Positions 1-12,804 of a DNA stretch of 64,000 nt are shown here, piece by piece. Origin of the DNA: Tricharina praecox (Eukaryota). The stretch's first letter is position 1. Each line of letters starts with the position of its first letter. The translations under genes and the position numbers were made by a program. Where the stretch lies: positions 62,001-126,000 of the forward strand of contig NW_026250434.1 in the NCBI RefSeq assembly GCF_024521635.1, read 5' to 3'. The notes below the pieces were generated by a model that was not told the DNA's origin, did not search any database, and saw nothing but the letters and a program-made list of their open reading frames with translations.

Positions 1-59
1 AACGTACAACACCCATCTCAACCAAGCACCCACTTGACAAATCAGCTCACACATGCACC

Positions 60-1925
60 ATGGATAGTCTACCGATAGCCATATCCCGCTCTAAACGGGA
101 GCACAACGAGCACATTTCGATGGAAAACCCCCAAACCCTGTGTTCTCCTCTGTTCAGCCGCTTCAGCATCGACCGCTCGCCGAGCAGATCGCCGCAATAT
201 GGCGCCATCAACTGTCCCACTCCGCCCATCGCCGTGCCGAGACAGCAGAACACTGGTGCCGGAGTGGGGGAGGGCTACATGGAGCAGGCGTCGCGGCGGC
301 GGCGGAAGTCCATCTCTTTCGACCCGCAGGTGAGGCTAGACGGAGGTATGAGGACGCTGTTGGAGGCACCGCTGCCCCGGTGCAGTGGGCCTTTCGACTC
401 CATGACCGAGGCGGAACGGAACTCGTACGAGTCTGATTTCGGGGGTTTGGAGCAGGATCCGCTCACGCCCGGGTCGCCGCCGCAGCAGGAGCCGCGGTCG
501 CAGCCGCAGCCGCTCGGGCGGAGGGTGGGATCGTTCCGTGAACGGAGACGGTCGACGGCTGCGCAGAAGTTTCTGTCGCCGCTATCGCCGCTGTCCAGTG
601 ATGGCATGGCGGGGATCTCGTCGCTGACGTCCGAGTCCACCATGTCGTCGGTGTCGGAGTTTAATACACCGCCAAACTCGCTGATTAGCAGCTACTTTGG
701 TAAAGGCCCGATCCGGTCGCCGGGCGCCGACTCTTCCCGTGCCATATCGCTTTCGCCCGGGACTACTTCCCCGTGGTCCAGTGTCGAGAACAAAGAGATA
801 CCAAGAAACAAGTCGTTTTCGTTTGAAGCCTCGAAATCACCCCGTCCCAGATCGAGCCGCAGAAAAACTTGTAGTGAGCGCTCTCTGAACTCGTGTTCGT
901 CCAATGGCATCAGCCCCGCGAGTATGTTCCTCTCCTCGTTCGGCAAGTCGTCGCGACGACCGTCGATACAGCAAGTCTCGCCCGACGACGAAGGGCAGGA
1001 AGTTGGCTCGTACGTGCTAGGCAAGGAGATCGGCCACGGCGGCTTCAGCACTGTAAAGGAAGCGTTTACCTTCTCGGAAGGCCGCGAGGTCAAGCACGCG
1101 GTCAAGATCGTGCGCAAACGCATCCACTCAGACGACGCCGAGAATGACCGCGTGCAGGCCGAGCTCGACCACGAAATCTCACTTTGGCGGTACATGCACC
1201 ACCCGCACATCGTCTCGCTGATCTCGGTCTTCGACACGCCGTTCGCCACGTTCGCGTTCATGCAGCTTAACGAAGACGGCAGTCTGTTCGACCTGATGAA
1301 GCAGCCCGCCAACCGCCGCGGCCTCGCCGCAAAACAGGCGCAGCGCTACACCTTCCAGCTCGCCTGCGCGCTCCGCTACCTGCACGAGGACATGCGCATC
1401 GTCCACCGCGACGTCAAGCTCGAGAACTGTCTCCTCGACAACCCGTCCGCCGACGGCGGCGCGCACCTGCTGCTCTGCGACTTCGGCCTCGCTAAGTTCA
1501 TCAAGAACCCGCACGACTCGGACTCGGACTCGGACTCGCGGCCGTCGACGCCGCACACCGCCGACGCGGCGTCCTACTGCATAACTGGCTCGCTCCCCTA
1601 CTCCTCGCCGGAGACGATCCAGTCGCCGACCGAAGACCCGTCCCCCGCCGCCGACGTCTGGGCGCTCGGCGTTGTCCTGTTCACTATGCTTACAGGCTCC
1701 CTCCCGTTCTCGCACAGCCTCCAGCCGAAGCTGGCTGCAATGATCGTCGACGGGAGCTTTGATGTCAATGCGCTAAGACAGTGCTGGGGACTCAATGAGG
1801 TCGGCAAGACACAGATGGAAATGGCGGTCCAGGTCGTTAAGGGTTGCCTCACGGTTAATCCCGAGAGACGCTGGAATATTCAGGATGTGCTCGAGGCCGC
1901 GTGGTTCGAGGGCGTCGAGGAGTGA
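60..1925 (+). CDS. Ser/Thr protein kinase (CAMK-like; resembles fungal NNK1-type kinases)
   Basis: Intronless 621-aa ORF. Ser/Pro-rich N-terminus; kinase motifs IGHGGFS, HAVK, HRDVKLEN, DFG, GSLPYSSPE and DVWALG. The frame is open back to the window start, so the true start could lie upstream. Confidence 0.9.
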   Translation: MDSLPIAISRSKREHNEHISMENPQTLCSPLFSRFSIDRSPSRSPQYGAINCPTPPIAVPRQQNTGAGVGEGYMEQASRRRRKSISFDPQVRLDGGMRTLLEAPLPRCSGPFDSMTEAERNSYESDFGGLEQDPLTPGSPPQQEPRSQPQPLGRRVGSFRERRRSTAAQKFLSPLSPLSSDGMAGISSLTSESTMSSVSEFNTPPNSLISSYFGKGPIRSPGADSSRAISLSPGTTSPWSSVENKEIPRNKSFSFEASKSPRPRSSRRKTCSERSLNSCSSNGISPASMFLSSFGKSSRRPSIQQVSPDDEGQEVGSYVLGKEIGHGGFSTVKEAFTFSEGREVKHAVKIVRKRIHSDDAENDRVQAELDHEISLWRYMHHPHIVSLISVFDTPFATFAFMQLNEDGSLFDLMKQPANRRGLAAKQAQRYTFQLACALRYLHEDMRIVHRDVKLENCLLDNPSADGGAHLLLCDFGLAKFIKNPHDSDSDSDSRPSTPHTADAASYCITGSLPYSSPETIQSPTEDPSPAADVWALGVVLFTMLTGSLPFSHSLQPKLAAMIVDGSFDVNALRQCWGLNEVGKTQMEMAVQVVKGCLTVNPERRWNIQDVLEAAWFEGVEE

Positions 1926-2795
1926 AAAGTTGCTTATTGGGGATTTGTTTATTTTTCTTTTACTCTACTTTGGGAATCTCTCCTTACGGTGCGCTGCGGT
2001 GTTTTCATGGGACATATGGGACATGGGGGGACGGAGGGGAAAATGGCGTTTGTCTTTTTGTTGCTTTTGTTTATTCTCTTCTCTTCTTCTCTTCTTTTTC
2101 TTCTTTCTTCATTTCGTTTCTTCGTTTGAAGTGGTGTACGATTACTCGATATCTCGGGGTCATTTGTGTTTCTGTATGTGGGGGGAATGGGGAGGGAGGG
2201 GGAGCACGTTGCTTATTTTGCGCATACCTATTTCTACTTGCGCGCGTGGTCATGGTCGTGGGTTGTTTTTTTTCTGGCTTTGTACTTTAAATTGCACTGA
2301 CTGGACTTTATGGGGATTTCTTGGGTGAGGGGGATTGTGGGGGATTTGCGGGGGGATTTTTAGCGGGGTTGTGTGCTTATACCATCTGGATTGTGTATTT
2401 TTATTCTTTATCTTTTATCTTTATGTTGATCGTGCATACCGGTATTGCTTTGGGATACTCTATAGTTGGATATGGGGCATATGGGTTGATATGGGGATGG
2501 AGGGGATATGGGACGGATTTGGGACGGACGGATGGGAGGTGTGCTATTTATCTACTCAAGCTGCTCTAGTTACATACTATACTGCTATGATATCATCCAA
2601 GATACCTACCTCTTGCGTTGAATACCCACATGCGTGGAATACGAAACTGTGTCCAATATTTTCACCTCTCGTCTTCACCTCTCGTTTCGTGCGCATACCA
2701 TATCAAAAAATGCCTCATCACTCATCACTCATCACTCGCCCATAATCCCCAATCCATTTTGCCCCAACTACCGTAATATATCAAGTATACCAGTA

Positions 2796-5700
2796 TCAAG
2801 AAGTCCGGCTCTTCTCCGCCACCGCGCCCTGTCCCTTCGGCATCTTCTTCTCCACGCCCAGCGTCTCCAGATCCTTCGTCTTATGGTAGTGCGGCGCCAC
2901 CTCGACCAGCCACTCGGGTTGTATCGGCATCACGTTGCGCATGAATTCCTTGCCTGTTCACACACAGTCAGCACCCCCTCCACACACACAGAGGAGAAGA
3001 AAGGAGGAACGTACTAGTAAGCACTAACTCAAAATACAGCAGCCACTTGGGGTTAACATCAAAGATGGCAGAGCTGGGGTGCACATGTACTGTCTGCCCA
3101 TTCTTGACGGTCCTATAAGAATCCCCCGCCTTCTGCAGTCTCGCCGCGTTGGGGAAGAACCCAGCCGTAATCGCCTTCTGTATGGGGACATTATCATTCT
3201 CGCCCACCGACGACATGCCCACCTCGACGCGCTCACACAGTCTTGCCAGCTGATCTCTGACATCCCTCGCACGCCCCAACGCGCGGTGCTGCAAAAAGTT
3301 CTCGCGGGCCCACACGTAGCTGAAGTCGGTATCGACCCAGGCGTTCCAAATGTTGAGGAGGGAGAGGTGGTCGCCGCCAGCCTTGTGTGTGAAGCGGGCG
3401 CGGGCCTGGTCCGCGTGCAGCTTCTTATCTTTTGGGCGGTAGAATAGTGCCGAGGACTCGCCGAGCATCGCGATCACACTCAGGATCTCGGACACACACC
3501 CGAATTTGTCTGCGGCTAGGATCGTTTTGGCGAGCATCGGGTCCGCGGGGAATTCGGCCATTTGTCGACCGACTTTGGTTAGCTCGCCTTTGTCGTTGAG
3601 CGCGCCGAGCGCGTAGAGGTTCTCGAGAGCGCGGATGAGAGTTTCGGCGGGAGGTGGGTCCATAAAGTCGAACTCGATCAAGTCGTTGATGCCGAGGGAC
3701 TTGAGCAGGAGCACGACGGAGTTGAGGTTGGTGCGCTGGATCTCCGGGGTAGTGTTCTCATCCAGCTCGTTTTGGTACGCCCACTTGGTGTAAAGGCGGA
3801 AGCACTTTCCCGGACCGACACGGCCGGCGCGGCCCATTCGCTGCTTGGCTGCCGCGCGAGAGCATGGCGTGATGACGAGCGACTCCATGCCTGTCCGTGG
3901 GTTGTAGACGTTCTCCTTGACGAAGCCGGGATCGATCACGTAGACGATGCCGTCAATGGTCAGTGATGTCTCCGCGATATTGGTGGCGAGGACGACTTTG
4001 CGCGCGCCCGCCGGGGTCGGCTCGAAGATCTTTGCTTGTAGTTCCGAGGGCAGGTTGGCGTAGATGGGACATATGATCAGTTCGCGGATCTTGTTTCCAA
4101 GTTTTCGAGCTGTTTCTTGCAGGTTCAGCTCTGCTGCTTCGATCTCGTCTTGACCTGTTAGGAAGACGAGGATGTCACCGTTAGGCGGAGTGGTGGTGTG
4201 GATCTGGAAGATTGTGGTGATGGCGGCGTTGAGGTAGTTGGCCTCCGGCTGCTGAGTGTAGTGCACGTCGACTGGATATCGCCGTCCGGGGATGTTGAAG
4301 ATTGGGCAGTTGTCAAAATACGCGGAGAACTTTTCTGCGTCCATGGTAGCACTGGAGATCAACAGCTTGAGGTCCTTGCGGAAGCGTGCAATATCCTTGA
4401 CCAGTCCGAACAATATATCGGTCGATAGCGTCCGTTCGTGGGCCTCGTCGATCATGAGCGCCGAGTAGCCCCCCAGATCCGGCTCGGTCAGGAACTCTCG
4501 AAGCAACATTCCGTCGGTCATGTACTTGAGCACCGTCTTGTCGCTCGTCTGGTCCTCGAACCGGATCGAGTATCCCACTTCGTTGCCCAGTTTCACTCCC
4601 ATTTCCTCCGCCACACGGGCAGCAACCGACATAGCCGCCACTCGGCGGGGCTGCGTGCATCCCACTTTCATCCCATTCTTGGTGTACCCGGCCTCATGCA
4701 AATACTGAGGCAACTGGGTGGTCTTTCCGGAACCGGTCTCTCCGACGATGATCAGAATCTGGTGTTCCTCGAGAGCGTCAAGGAACTGCTGCCGCCACGA
4801 GTATATCGGCAGCAGCTTGCGCGATTCCTCGATCGACTTGGCCTTGTTTTCGGCTGCCTTCAACTGCTGGTCCAGGAACTGCTTCTCCTTGTCGGAGAAC
4901 AGCGAATCCTTATCATAATCTGTGTGCTCGAGGACGAACTTGAGCTGCTGGCTGTCGTCGAATACGTACTCGTAGTCGCCTTCGTCTTCCCGCTGAACGT
5001 GTTTGGCTTGAGCTTTCGCCTTCTCCGCCTGGTGCTGTTCCCATTCCTCTTGCTCGGTCACGAACCGCTCCTGTCCGTCTTCCCCCCGATCCACATAGCG
5101 TTTGTAGAGTGCTTCCTTCTTCTTCCTGGTGTCAATCTTGCCTTTCTCGGTGATGTAGTCATCCGGCAACATGTAACCATCCAGGTGATCATCAACCTTC
5201 AATCGCTCCTCCGCCAGGCGTAAAATCTCCTTATTCTTGGCAAACTCCTCCCTCTCCCGCTTGGTAAGATCGGGATTCGTCCGAAGCTCATGCATCTCCT
5301 CCACCACCTGCTTCCGCAGCAGCGCAAGCTGTTCCAGCTCTCGCTTCTTCAGATACTCCTGTCTCGAGCGCTCACGGAGATCCGACAGCGCAGCCTCCCT
5401 CGCCTCCACATCGTCCGCCAGCGCCCGACGTTGCGCCAGCAACTTCCCCTCCTTCGATTTCGATGATCGATCCTCAACCAGCTTTTTCGTCTTCTCCTCA
5501 TCCTTCTCCTTCAACCGTTTCGAGAAGGCATCTCTTTCCTCCAGATCCCTCATTCGATCCCTCTCCGCCCTAGTCTCATCATCCATTTCCTCCTCGTCCT
5601 CCTCCTCTTCCTCCTCGACTCTCGCTCGCTTCGCCGGCGGCTCCTCCGCTGCAAGTTCCTCCTCCGCTGCCGGATCAACCTCTTCATCGCCCCATCGGTC

Positions 5701-6216
5701 CTCGAAGTCTTCGTCTCGCCGCCGGAGCTTCTTGGAGCGCTGGTCTCTGTCTTTCTCACCGTGGTCCCGGTCCTGATCCCTTCGCGACTGCCGGTCCTTG
5801 TCCCTATCTTTCCCGTCCCTGTCCCGGTCTCGGCGCTCCTCCTTCCTCACCTCCCCCCTCTTCTCTTTCGAACTCTCCTTCTCCTTCTTCTCCTTCACCG
5901 GCACCGGCCCCAAATCGACATCCTCGTCCATAGTCAACAGACTATACTTCTTCTTCTTTTCTCTCTCTGGCCGGGCCGCTCCCTCCTGCTTCCTCGCCCC
6001 TCCGCCGCCGCCAACGCGCCGGTAAAGCTCCTCGGCAAACCTCCGCGTGTCGGCGCCATTCGCCGCGTCCAGGAAGACGGCGAGTTTGTCGTGTAGTGAC
6101 GACGACGATTTCGACGTGCTGGCGGACGCGATCACAAAGTCGATTATTGTTGGGTCGGCGACCCCGATCAGCTGCAGGATGTTGTCCGAGACCCAGTTGC
6201 GTGTGTTGGAGGTCAT
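2796..6216 (-). CDS. PRP2: DEAH-box splicing helicase Prp2/DHX16 (S. pombe Cdc28 type)
   Basis: Motifs [35 protein letters not shown] and QRMGRAGR; helical N-terminus (WVSD..L.LIG). First ATG at 6216. One intron 3014-2954 (GTACGT..CTGAC..CAG) gives the terminal exon [23 protein letters not shown], with TGA at 2798-2796. Confidence 0.93.
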
Positions 6217-7035
6217 GGCTGGCTGTGGCTGTGGCGGTGGGTGGGTGGTGGGTGTACGCTGGTTGGCCACTCGGTGATGCGCAGTAATGCGACGAAGATG
6301 TGTAGGGTTCGTGAATGTCGCGGCGGCGCGCGAACGGGGCTAAATGTCACGTGCGGAGATTGCAAGCTTGGGAATAGCCGTTGGGCCAAACTTCACAGGT
6401 TCACGTTCGTCGGACCGCCAAAGCTACCCATAAACCTTCGTTTACGGAAGGCTGGGAAGTTTGTGGTCACCATAGTCTCTCAAGGCCGTATGCGACAATA
6501 GTTGATGTTCTCTCTCTCAACTTCGTTTACCTCATTTTCAGTGAAGCTTCCGTTTGCTCTGCTAGCCACAGTTCGCATCGCTATGACTAACTAGTACGAG
6601 TCTGAAGGTGAAGCCCGTTCCAAACATGAAAAGAGTACCAACGTAGGTGCAAGTACACGTAGAGATTGAACGGGGAAAATGGTCCGGTCATTCGAGACAT
6701 TGTCAATAAAACAGAGGACCGAGACGGCCCGCTAGACTCGTCAAGGTACACTGCGGAGCTCCTAAACGTTCCACCAGCAGATTGATAGCTCGAAGGATTA
6801 TCTAAGCGACACGTTACGATATCTACATGCCTGTAGGTTAGTAGAGTTGCATACCGGTAGTTCGTACACTGCTCGTCCTAACTCCGTCCACTCCCCGCCG
6901 CGACGTCAGTCCTCCTCTGCGCACGCAAGCAACATCACCAGTACCGTCGCCACCGCCCTTTTGCCACTTGCCCGCACACCACGTCAACCGCGGGCGTCAA
7001 AAGCTGGCAGACCTCCTTATCTCTCCCCCAAATCG

Positions 7036-9972
7036 ATGCCGGAGAAGCTGCCTAACGCCGCACCAAGCAGCAGGAAGAGGAAGCAGGCACCGTCGTCAAC
7101 ATCGTCGATGCAAGAGCTCCCAAATTCTTCGTCATCCAACAGCACTCCTCCGTACCAACAGCCGCAGCAAAGCACAATTACCGACCACTTCTCGCCCCGG
7201 GGTCAACGGGAGCAGCTGTCGTCCGCCAATATCCTGCCGCCGGTGAAACGCTCAAAATCTTCGGGATCGTCCTCCGACTCGGTCAAGAAAGAGAAGCAGA
7301 AAGGAAATATGAGGCCCGTCACTGAAGCCACCATGATGGATTTCGGTACCGCGATAGCACCTGTCGACCTCACTAGTTCGTCGCCCATCGCCTCTCCCGT
7401 GAGACCGGCTGGGCCTCCGCCAGCTGCTCCGTCGACCGGTGTAAAGACGCCCGCGAAGCCGACCGTGCAGCAATCGGGTCCGAGGAAGCTTCGGATCAAG
7501 AACCTGCGCCCGTCGAACGAGAACTCTGCCACCGGGTACACCCAGACCACGTGGAAGTCCCTCGATGTGGCATTGAAAGCTATCTATGCACGCGAAAAGA
7601 TCCCCATGAGCCTGGAGGAGCTGTATAGGGGTGTCGAGAACGTGTGCAGGGCTGGCGGAGCCCACGAGCTTCACCAGCAGCTGCTCAAGAGCTGCGACGA
7701 CTATTTTTCCAAGGAGTTGAAGCCGAAGATCGTTCAGAATGTCGGAGCTGCGAATATCGAGGTCACTAGGGAACTGATTGTCAATTGGACGCAGTGGGAA
7801 AAACAGCTGGTAGCTATATTTCTGCCTTGTCGCCCGGCCTGTCTGCATTGCTTGCTAATATCGGACTCGGAGCGTGCAGAACACGATTCGGTCGATTTTT
7901 CTCTACCTGGATCGTTCACACCTTTTCGCGGTACCATCTCGCCAATCGCTCGAAGCCATGGGACTCCAGTTGTTCAGGAAGTACATTGCCGAAGACGCGG
8001 TATTGGGGAAGCGGTTTGTGTCTGGAGCACTAGAACTTTACGATCAGGATCGATATAGCGGTGGATCCGAGTCTATCAGTTCCGAGCTACTGACCTCTTC
8101 CATCCGAATGCTCACACACCTGGGATTGTATTCGGACAAATTCGACAAGGAATTCATCATCGCGTCTAAGCTCTGGTGGGCCCGGATCGCTGATGAGTCG
8201 TCCAAAAACGACCTCAAGACGTATCTCGCCATGTGCGCACGCCAGATGGAGCTGGAGCGCGCCCGATGCGATCGATTCCATCTGGCGATCACCACAAAGA
8301 GAGAGTCGATGAGAGTGTTGGAGGATGAAATGATCCGGAAGAAGGTGCCGCTGTTGACCGATAAGGATCAAGTAACGAGGTTGCTGGTGAACTGTGATTT
8401 CGGGTCGTTACAGACGCTATATCAGCTTCTGGACCTGGTCAAAGATCCAGGTGTGGAGTTGAAGCCAGCATGGGAGTCGTACATCTGTGACGAGGGCTCC
8501 AAGATTATTCGAGATCCAAAGACAGAGTTGATGGTCCCGAGACTGCTCGATTTCAAGGGCACCCTTGATGCCATATGGATTGGCCCTCTGCAGAAGAATA
8601 CCCTGATCGAGTACGCACTGAGGGACTCGTTCTCGCTGTTCATCAATAAGCGTGAAGAGGGCGCTTCCATGAAGGATAACTCGAAGCCGGCGGAAATGGT
8701 GGCCAAGTACGTAGACATGCTGCTTAGGCAAGGCGCAAGGGGACTGCCACCTGTTGCTGGTGCCATCAATCCAGATATGGCTAGGGATGAGGATGTAGCG
8801 CTGGCGTACCGTCTCGAACTGGTGCTGGATCTGTTCAGATTCATCCAAGGAAAGGATGTGTTTGAAGCCTTCTACAAGAAGGATCTGGCCAGGCGGTTGC
8901 TCCTGGGCCGCAGTGCGAGTGTGGATGCTGAGGGACTGATGTTGACTAAGCTGAAGACGGGTATGCCACATCCTACCCTCTACGTGACAACCGACATTGA
9001 CGAGTACAGAATGCGGCTCCGGCTTCACCAACAATCTCGAGGCGATGTTCAAGGACATGGATCTGTCCAAAGAATCCGTCAAGGCATTCAAGCTCTCCAA
9101 GCTCGGCACCGAGAAAGCCCTGCAGCACGACATACACGTTAGCATCCTGTCGCAAGCTGCATGGCCGACCTACCCCGAGGTCCCCGTCAACATCCCGCCG
9201 CACCTCGCAGAGCACATGGAGGCCTTCGCGCAGTTCTACGTGTCCAAACACAAGGGACGGAAGCTCACCTGGCGCCACGCACTATCGCACTGCGTGCTCA
9301 AGGCGGATTTCCCCAAGGGCAAGAAAGACCTCCTCCTGTCCGCCTTCCAAGCCGTGGTGCTGCTCTCCTTCAACGAAGCGCCCGCGTCTGGAATCCTGAC
9401 GTACAAGGACCTGTCCTCGTCTACCGGCCTGTCGGACCCCGAGCTACAGCGGACCCTTCAATCCCTCGCGCTCGGCAAGCTTCGCGTTTTGATAAAATCC
9501 CCCAAAGGCCGTGACATCGTCCCCACGGACAAGTTCATCGTCAACGCCTCTTTTGAATCCCCGCAGATCCGCGTAAAGATCAACCAAGTGCAGCTAAAGG
9601 AGACGCCACAGGAGAACAAGGAGACCCACGAACGCGTCGAACAGGACCGCCAGTACGAGACTCAGGCCGCCATTATCCGCATCATGAAGGCGAGAAGAAA
9701 CATCAGACATGTCGAACTCGTTCAGCAGGTCATCGAACAGACTAGGAATAGGGGTACCCTTGATGTCGGGCTTATTAAAAAGAATATCGATAGGTTGGTG
9801 ATCCCTCACGTTTTGTTTTTTTGTTCCTGGGGAATAAGGCTTGATGCTGGTGGTGGTAAGGTGGTGGTAAGGTGGTGGTAAGGTGGCTAATGAGGTACGA
9901 CGGCGTGATAGGCTCATCGAGAAAGAATACATGGACCGCTCGGATAACGATATGTACGTCTACGTTGCGTAA
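7036..9972 (+). CDS. CUL4: Cullin-4
   Basis: Motifs SLEELYRGVENVCR, IRSIFLYLDRS, KPAEMVAKYVDMLLR, GKDVFEAFYKKDLARRLL and neddylation motif AAIIRIMKAR. Introns 7810-7879, 8961-9009 and 9794-9911; stop TAA at 9970-9972. Confidence 0.93.
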
Positions 9973-11249
9973 GGTAGCGTAGTCATCGTAGTTTCATCTT
10001 CATCATCGTCGTCGTGTTCCGTTCACTGGTCGTTCCCTGGTTGGTCGTTGGTCGTTGGGGTTGTTGGGGAGTTAGGCGTGTTCTTTAGTTGGCTTGTTGG
10101 CTTGGGTTCTTACGTCTCTGTTCTTCTATCTGGCTCTGTTCTTCTGCCTCTGTCCTTCTATCTAGCTGTGTCTCTGTCCTTGTATCTGTTCTCTGTTCTT
10201 CTATCTATGGTTGTTTCTACATATGAGGTAGGCAGCATACACTTGTCACGTTCACTTGCCACTTTCACCATGTACTCTACAATGTAGGTAGGCAAGTACA
10301 TGTTGACGAGTGCTTGACGAGTGAGAGAGAGAGATCTTTCTGTTTTATTTCGCATACAGCCTATCTAGACTACCTATGGCGAATGCTTGACGAGTGCATG
10401 TTGGCGAGTGCTTGACGAGTGGTCCATGTTGACGAGTGCGTCCTGATGCTCCACGATGTACCATGATGTACCATGATGTACCTACGTCAGCGACACTCGT
10501 CAGCGCCTCAGACCCAGCGACTCAGAAACTCAGCACTCAGCGACTCAGGCCCAGCGCCTCAGCGCGTATTGCAGCAACGAATGTTCCACCGCCTGTTCCA
10601 CCAGTTCCACCACCCGCCCTTTCACCATCCTTAACCAGTCCGTTGTAACTATCGGACGAATAGCAGCATCCCAATGCAATGCCCAATCGAATCGTATTCT
10701 CTCTCGAGTCTCAACACCAACCAACCACAACTTCCAGTCTCCAGAAGGCAGAAGAAAGACCTCGTAAGTAACTGACCAAGTAACTGACTAAGCTGGAGGA
10801 AAACTAAAAACAAAGCCTAGCTTTCTCCCGTAATCAATCTAAAAACCCTAGTCAGTCAACCAATCAGTCAATTTCCAAAATGGCACACATGTGGATGTGG
10901 AAAAGACAATGAAACTCCCCCTTCCCCTTCTCCTTCCTCAGCTACTCCCCAGCTACCCCCCACCAACCCACCCCATTGCACTAACACAAGCACAAGCACG
11001 GACGATTCAGCAGAAAGTATCATATGAAGCTTCGTGACGAAAGAAGACAAAAAAGAAGTAGGTATATTTCAAAATAGCCCCAAAACCCCCCCAGAGCACC
11101 CCAAAACCCCCCACCCCACCACAACCTTCACCACCACCGACCGACCCGCCAACCAAAAAACGAAAAAGAAAGAAAGCAACAAAGAACTCCTGCACCGCTC
11201 GCCCTTCCCTTCCAGTTCCCGCCCAGTTCCCGCCCACTGCCCAAGCCAA

Positions 11250-12804
11250 CTATAGCACGCCACCAGGCACCTGAATATTCCCGCCGGGATCACCGCCGAG
11301 GGCATTCCGTCTCAGCATGAACATTGGTTTCCTGCCCTCACGATCAAGTTGTTTAAACAAGATCAGCGGTTTCTCCTCAAGTCCCAGACAGCGCTCCTGA
11401 TCTCCGTGAACGATGTACAGGGCGTACAATCTCCAATCTGCCTGGATGTTGTATCGCTTGAGGGCCGCGGGCAGGACCTTGCGGCAGGGATCGTCCATCG
11501 ACACTCGGAACGACTTGAATATGTCCGGCTCGCTGCCACCGCCCCGGTCGTCTTCGGGGTACTGAGGTGTTCGCGGGGTTGTGCGGTCGCGGTCGGCGGC
11601 GGTGGAGGGGTTGCGCATCGGCTCGGTGCGTCGCGCCGTCGGCGGCGGGTTCGCGTTCATGTTTGGCAGGGATGTGTGATGGCTGTAGCTGGGGTGGTGT
11701 ATTGCTCCCGCGCCAGGAGAGGTGGGACTAGGGTGGCCGCGCATATCGTCTGCGGGTGGTGGCAGCACCGGCTGGTTTTGGGAGGAAAGTCCGTTGTTGT
11801 TCTGGTTGTTGTAGTTATTGTGGTTGTTGTGGTTGTGATTGTTATTTACCGCGTTCTGCTGCATGTTCTCGTATGGGTATTCGGCCATTGGTGGGGGGTA
11901 CGTCGGCGACGCGTTTTTGGGAGTGCCCAGGATGAGTTTCTTCATCGAGAACTTCCGCGACAGGCCCTTGCCCGATGTCGGCGGGGCCTGCAAGAGCGAC
12001 GAGCTGGTCGGCGGTGTGGGATCTTGCGGAGGTTCCGACTCCGGTGTCAGCGCAGGCGTCTCGTTCGATACCGGCGGCAGCTCCTGGTTTTTGTTCTTGA
12101 CCATGCGCCAGACCGGGAGTAGGTCGTTGCGTAATCGGGCCATGGCTTCGTATAGCGACTGGATGTGCGATTCCGCCTCCACTATGCGTTGATCCCGCTT
12201 CCGTATGATCTCAATCAACCGCTGGATATCCTGCTGCGTCGCCATCTTGTTGTTTTCGTGTTCGTCAGCAGCTACAGGCGAGAGATCGTGTTAGCGGACG
12301 ACAATAACTACAACGGGTAGTCTCCCGTACGCACAAACTGGTATGTAGTCGTCGGGATCCATCGGTATGTCGTGGGCCATCTTGACGTTGTAGACGTTCT
12401 TCAATATCGACAGACGATGTCCCACGCTCGCGACCCCTAGTTCTTTCAGTTCGTCGTGGCCGAGATGTACCAGAGCTTCTCCGTCGATATCGTTTTCTAA
12501 AACACCCCCGTAACAGCAGCGACAGTCAGCTTTCCATGATCCCCATCGAGCCAAAGGCCAAGCTCCCAACACCAAAGCTGCAATCGCACAACTAACCCAG
12601 CAGGGTCTCCTGGTATTTCCCTAGACCCAACGACACGATCCATCCCACCACGCCCTCGGTATTCCATTCCAGTATATTCCCATCCGGCATGCCATCCCCC
12701 TCTAGCCGTCGATCCCAAGGGGTTGGAGTCGGTTCCCCACCCCAATCCTCATCCCTCGGACTCTTCGCCGCCAAACCCCCATGCAAGAACCCCGGCGACG
12801 ACAT
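11250..12804 (-). CDS. STE50: Ste50 MAPK adaptor (SAM + Ras-association domain); start shown at first in-frame ATG, true start uncertain
   Basis: SAM domain (EWNTEGVVGWIVSLGL..ENDIDGEALVHLGHDELKELGVASVGHRL) and RA domain (IFKSFRVSMDDPCRKVLPAALKRYNI..KPMFMLR). Two introns with donors GTTAGT and GTGCGT. The frame stays open about 170 codons upstream of 12804 with no ATG. Confidence 0.9.

Noticed and set aside
11007..11249. 80-codon open frame directly after the STE50 stop (readthrough)
   Set aside because: Low-complexity G/T-rich UTR sequence with few stops; no readthrough context or targeting signal.
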